64,000 bases of DNA, taken from assembly GCA_040218735.1 (NCBI GenBank), contig JAVJQW010000020.1:1-64000 (forward strand). The letters are read 5' to 3'. This DNA is from Deltaproteobacteria bacterium (lineage in GTDB: Bacteria > Myxococcota > Kuafuiibacteriia > Kuafuiibacteriales > Kuafuiibacteriaceae). The notes under the pieces are model-generated. The model had not been told where the DNA came from. It saw only the letters and a list, made by a program, of their open reading frames with translations, and made no database searches. Positions 61,401-64,000 of the stretch are shown here, in pieces (position 1 is the stretch's first letter; every line of letters begins with the position of its first letter). The translations under genes were made by a program, and so were the position numbers.

Positions 61401-61766
61401 AAGCAGATCAGGGTCCTGTTCGTCGACGACCGCCCCGACATCGGACGCGCCTGCGCGCGGATGGCCAAGCGCCTCGGGTGGGAGTCGCGCATCGCGAGCA
61501 CGCTGGACGAAGCCGTCGCCGCGCTGCGGGAGGGCCCCGTCGACGTGCTCGTCACCGACGTCGTCATGCCGGAGGCCGACGGCCCGCGCGTTCGTGCGGC
61601 GCTCGCCGAGCTGCAGCCCGTGCTCCCGACGGTGTTCGTGTCCGGGTACCTCGACGACGTCGACATCGGCGACGACCCGCGCGACGTCTTCCTCCAGAAG
61701 CCGTTCTCGCTCGACGCGCTCGCGCAGGCCGCTGCGGCCGCGCTCGAACGTCACAGCGCCGATTGA
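58443..61766 (+). CDS. Hybrid sensor histidine kinase (propeller, Y_Y_Y, HisKA, HATPase, receiver)
   Basis: GLPQSSV...MWLATYGGLARFDG, LPPGTYRFDVQAR, TM, GIAHDVNNVL, EPYFTTK, GTGLGL, VTDVVMP, FLQKPF. Start uncertain. Confidence 0.93.
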   Translation: MSRFRTRSRAHAGTVIFVAFMGLDVAPARADGFDSWIRDHWSTRNGLPQSSVIDLAQSDDGVMWLATYGGLARFDGHAFDVFDRERLPDDRFNVLHLGGDGALWLGGDVHLYRLEGGVVEAVGPETPIWTIAEDASGRIFAGSKSGAFRVTGTQVEVLPVDGDVRRFLVIDDEVIAILFNGRTVCVSEHCRSLPEAPPDPGLHEWRVDPEGHLIVATPRGVYVREGDTWALRLEVAAPNVLWPPACLAWRGATWCTVGDGIHHLDQPPAEPLSRPRFSATRLFADRQGGLWMGSDGGGVQRLQPPAFEYVHADWPVFDVAEAPAGAVHVGVRSKHGPADNPWDPDVAFWPEQSGVLLVTPNYATVQRYSSAGLVTVGAIEGLVPAPGHSRDLPVEGPWVAVDAKLYAVQRDALALVFDGTSLGYARVRPIRGDEHEVWVVADDRDLLALVDGVIERRYDVAAFAQIRDVVSTSDRILLATYGSGLLYIERGSDTVRAFAGACDKFVSHIFDLETDVWLNTNRGLGYVAKASLSTWRPDAPAVDCQLIGTFEGNGTGGIVTTSGALVAPTLRGAVRIHPASYREAAPLTTNIVAFEFGGVDVSADGEARGPGRLAIRFSAPNFRSPDLTAYRYRLVGAHDAWSAPSDVRAVDYPALPPGTYRFDVQARSVGRWGPVESATFRRLPAWWETRWARAGLPAAGVALFGGLLTIALVRSRRRNAELAEEVKRRVEARRELEEQIQRNEKLARDMEVARRLEALGRLSGGIAHDVNNVLTAVGGYASVLAEHHDPAVRAEADGLVDAVRRGSEVTRGLLQFGRTAKDDEGTVDIAARAEELFPLLRRLIRSDIELHLDVEPTCLVALPSGQTDQLLTNLVLNARDAIDSSGHVTVRVKTEGELVILTVEDDGRGMSEAQLAHALEPYFTTKALGEGTGLGLATVHGIATNVGGDVTIDSELGRGTRVVVRLPRAAEVISEKPAKVEEPEPIKQIRVLFVDDRPDIGRACARMAKRLGWESRIASTLDEAVAALREGPVDVLVTDVVMPEADGPRVRAALAELQPVLPTVFVSGYLDDVDIGDDPRDVFLQKPFSLDALAQAAAAALERHSAD

Positions 61767-63449
61767 TCAGACGCGAGGGACGAGGCCGACGCCGACGTGG
61801 CGTGAAAACGACTTGATCGGCACGCGGTCGAGGCCGCGGTTCGGGTCGACGACCTCGCGACGCGGGTCCATGCGGTAGGCGCCCTCGCGTTTTGTGCTGC
61901 GTCCGTGCGGCGCGCGCACGTAGACGTACTCGGCGTCGACGTGATCGAAAAGGAACAGCCGCTCGCCGCGGGAGTACAGGAGCGAAACGAACACGGGCGG
62001 GAGGCGATGTGGGTTGGCGTCGACGCGTTCGAGGTGACGTCGCGCGTTGGCCGCGCCCGCCGCGACCGTGAAGCCGACGCCGAAGATCCGTTCGAGCGCG
62101 CGCGACACGACGTCGGCGTCGATGCCGTGCCCACCGGGCATCGTGAACGTGGGGCGGCGCTGCTTCGCGCTGGGGCGGGCGAGCTCGGCGAGGGTCATGA
62201 GCCCGAGGCGGAGCGGCGTGAGCTGCCCGGAGAACGTGACGCGCTCCTTGCTGCGGTCCATCTTCGTGGACAGGTCGAGCGTGCCGCCGCCGGGGAGCGA
62301 CACACTCATCGCGTCCGAGACCACGCCGCGCCAGAAGCGCAGCAGCTCGGCCGGGTTGGTGTCCGCGAGCGCGAACTCGATCGTGGAGAGCACGCCGTCA
62401 CTGCCCTCCTCGAACGAGAGTTTGTGCGGGTTCGCGATGGCGCCGACGACGAGGTTCGCGACTTTGCGACGCCGGGCGCCCGACGCTTCGATGCGCTCCG
62501 CGAACTCACCGCGTCGGATGAGCGCGTGCAGGTGCTCGATGAGGCCGACGTCCTCGATGTCGCGGTCCTCGAGGACGGAGCGTCGTCGCAGTCGACGCGC
62601 GGCGATCTGCGCGAGGTGCACACGTGCGTCCGCGCCCAGGTGCTCGAACACCTCCAACAGCTGCGTCACCGCTTCGGGACGCAGGTGCCGGAGCACCGCC
62701 GTCTTCGCGAGGGCGATCGCCGCCTTCACGGTGGTGACGTCGCCCGGGTCCTTCGCGATAGCACGCAGCATCGACGCGCGGTGCGCGGGGACGAGCTCGT
62801 TGTACTCGCGCTCGTTGACGAGCCGCTCCAGCGTGCGCTTCGGCGACAGCGAGCCTTCCGAGTGGCGGTTGTCGAGCTCACCGGCGAGCGCGCGGTCGAG
62901 TGACCACAGCTCGTGCTTCTTCAGCTCGGCGCGTACGATCTTCAACGCCGGGGCTTTGACCTCGGGAAGCGCGACGTCCGCGTTCTCGATCATCTGCCGG
63001 CGCACGGCGGCGCCGGCCCCTTTGGTCCCCGTCATCGCGACGCGCCCACGCGGGACGGCACCGTCGGAGGCCGGCGGGGTGGGGCCGCGCTTGGGGCGGC
63101 GCACGGCGCGGAAGTCGTTGGTGTGTTCCTCGGCCCAGGACTGCTTGGGGAGCGTGCCGTCGACCGCGATGACCGTCTCGTCTTCGTCGATGAAGGGGGC
63201 GTCGTCGTCGGGGTCGTCGAGGCTCGGCAGCGGGCGCTCGGTCTCGGCCTCGGACTCGTCGGCGCGCACCACGAGCTCGGTGCGCTCGGTGTGCTCGATG
63301 TCGTCGTAGAGTGACGCGACGGCGACGCTTTCGGGGCGCTTCGTCGGCTGCTGGTCGAGCGGGATCTCGCCGCGGGTGTTGTCTTCGTCGATCGGTCGGC
63401 TGGCCTTGCGTTCGATCAGCGGGTTCTTCGAGCGAACCCGGACCTGCAT
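61767..63449 (-). CDS. Hypothetical protein, acidic disordered N-terminus
   Basis: GAGGAG RBS before ATG 63449; GC3-biased codons; possible degenerate papain-like C-terminal domain. Confidence 0.7.
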   Translation of the reverse strand: MQVRVRSKNPLIERKASRPIDEDNTRGEIPLDQQPTKRPESVAVASLYDDIEHTERTELVVRADESEAETERPLPSLDDPDDDAPFIDEDETVIAVDGTLPKQSWAEEHTNDFRAVRRPKRGPTPPASDGAVPRGRVAMTGTKGAGAAVRRQMIENADVALPEVKAPALKIVRAELKKHELWSLDRALAGELDNRHSEGSLSPKRTLERLVNEREYNELVPAHRASMLRAIAKDPGDVTTVKAAIALAKTAVLRHLRPEAVTQLLEVFEHLGADARVHLAQIAARRLRRRSVLEDRDIEDVGLIEHLHALIRRGEFAERIEASGARRRKVANLVVGAIANPHKLSFEEGSDGVLSTIEFALADTNPAELLRFWRGVVSDAMSVSLPGGGTLDLSTKMDRSKERVTFSGQLTPLRLGLMTLAELARPSAKQRRPTFTMPGGHGIDADVVSRALERIFGVGFTVAAGAANARRHLERVDANPHRLPPVFVSLLYSRGERLFLFDHVDAEYVYVRAPHGRSTKREGAYRMDPRREVVDPNRGLDRVPIKSFSRHVGVGLVPRV

Positions 63450-63603
63450 GGTCTCCTCGTAGATCTTCGGACTGCCTGGCTTCTTCTTGCCTCGCCCGCG
63501 CGCTCCCCCGTCCTTGGGCACCCGGCGGAGTTTAGCCAAAAACGGCCCGGCCGTAAGCCTCGACGGTTGCCAGGCGGCGAACCGCGTAGTGTGGTGCCTG
63601 GAC

Positions 63604-64000
63604 GTGAGCGACCACATCCTCATCAAGAGCGCGGCCGAGATCGACGCCATGCGCGCCGCCGGGCGCCTCGCGGCCAAGACGCTGAAGATGGCCAGCGAGC
63701 TCGTGAAGCCGGGCGTGTCGACCGAGGAGATCAACGAGGCCGTCCACACCTACACGCTCGAGGCCGGGGCCATACCGGCGCCCCTCAACTACGGGGCCGA
63801 CCCGTCCCGCGGCATCCCGCCGTTCCCGAAGAGCGTCTGCACGTCGATCAACGATGTCATTTGCCACGGCATCCCCTCCCGCAAGGACGTCCTGAAGGAC
63901 GGCGACATCGTCAACGTCGACGTCACCTGCATCCTGGACGGCTTCCACGGCGACACCTCGCGCACGTTCCTGGTCGGCGAGTGCTCCGACGTCGCCAAGC
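63604..64000 (+). CDS. map: Type I methionine aminopeptidase (truncated by window end)
   Basis: Own translation, absent from the ORF track: IKSAAEIDAMRAAGRLAA...FPKSVCTSINDVICHGIP...LKDGDIVNVDVT...GFHGDTSRTF. Confidence 0.97.
   Translation, partial: MSDHILIKSAAEIDAMRAAGRLAAKTLKMASELVKPGVSTEEINEAVHTYTLEAGAIPAPLNYGADPSRGIPPFPKSVCTSINDVICHGIPSRKDVLKDGDIVNVDVTCILDGFHGDTSRTFLVGECSDVAK

Overview
High-GC bacterial chromosome segment. The gene content points to Myxococcota/Deltaproteobacteria: Cys-rich lipoproteins, a Hanks kinase, PEGA and VWA adhesins, and an MXAN_5808-like S41 protease. It holds about 44 CDS: an IS1182-family transposase at the left edge, groES-groEL, a multiheme cytochrome, a kinase/PP2C locus, an S41 protease with a degenerate M16 pair, a TetR/acyl-CoA dehydrogenase locus, argC-argB, a recA-aat-ogt-comM cluster, a large Ig/VWA lipoprotein, a hybrid sensor kinase and a truncated map at the right edge. 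I saw no tRNA, rRNA or CRISPR array. The strongest unexplained signal is non-coding. A RecA1-like recA and the comM-ogt operon each have a sigma54-type -24/-12 promoter. Each promoter is preceded, at nearly the same distance, by a shared 55-bp element (41/55 identical, ungapped) built from TYCGA-N3-YCGRA palindromes. This suggests a sigma54/enhancer-controlled recombination or competence regulon. A small AT-hook nucleoid-protein candidate lies between the two units. All calls come from reading motifs by eye, with no database searches.
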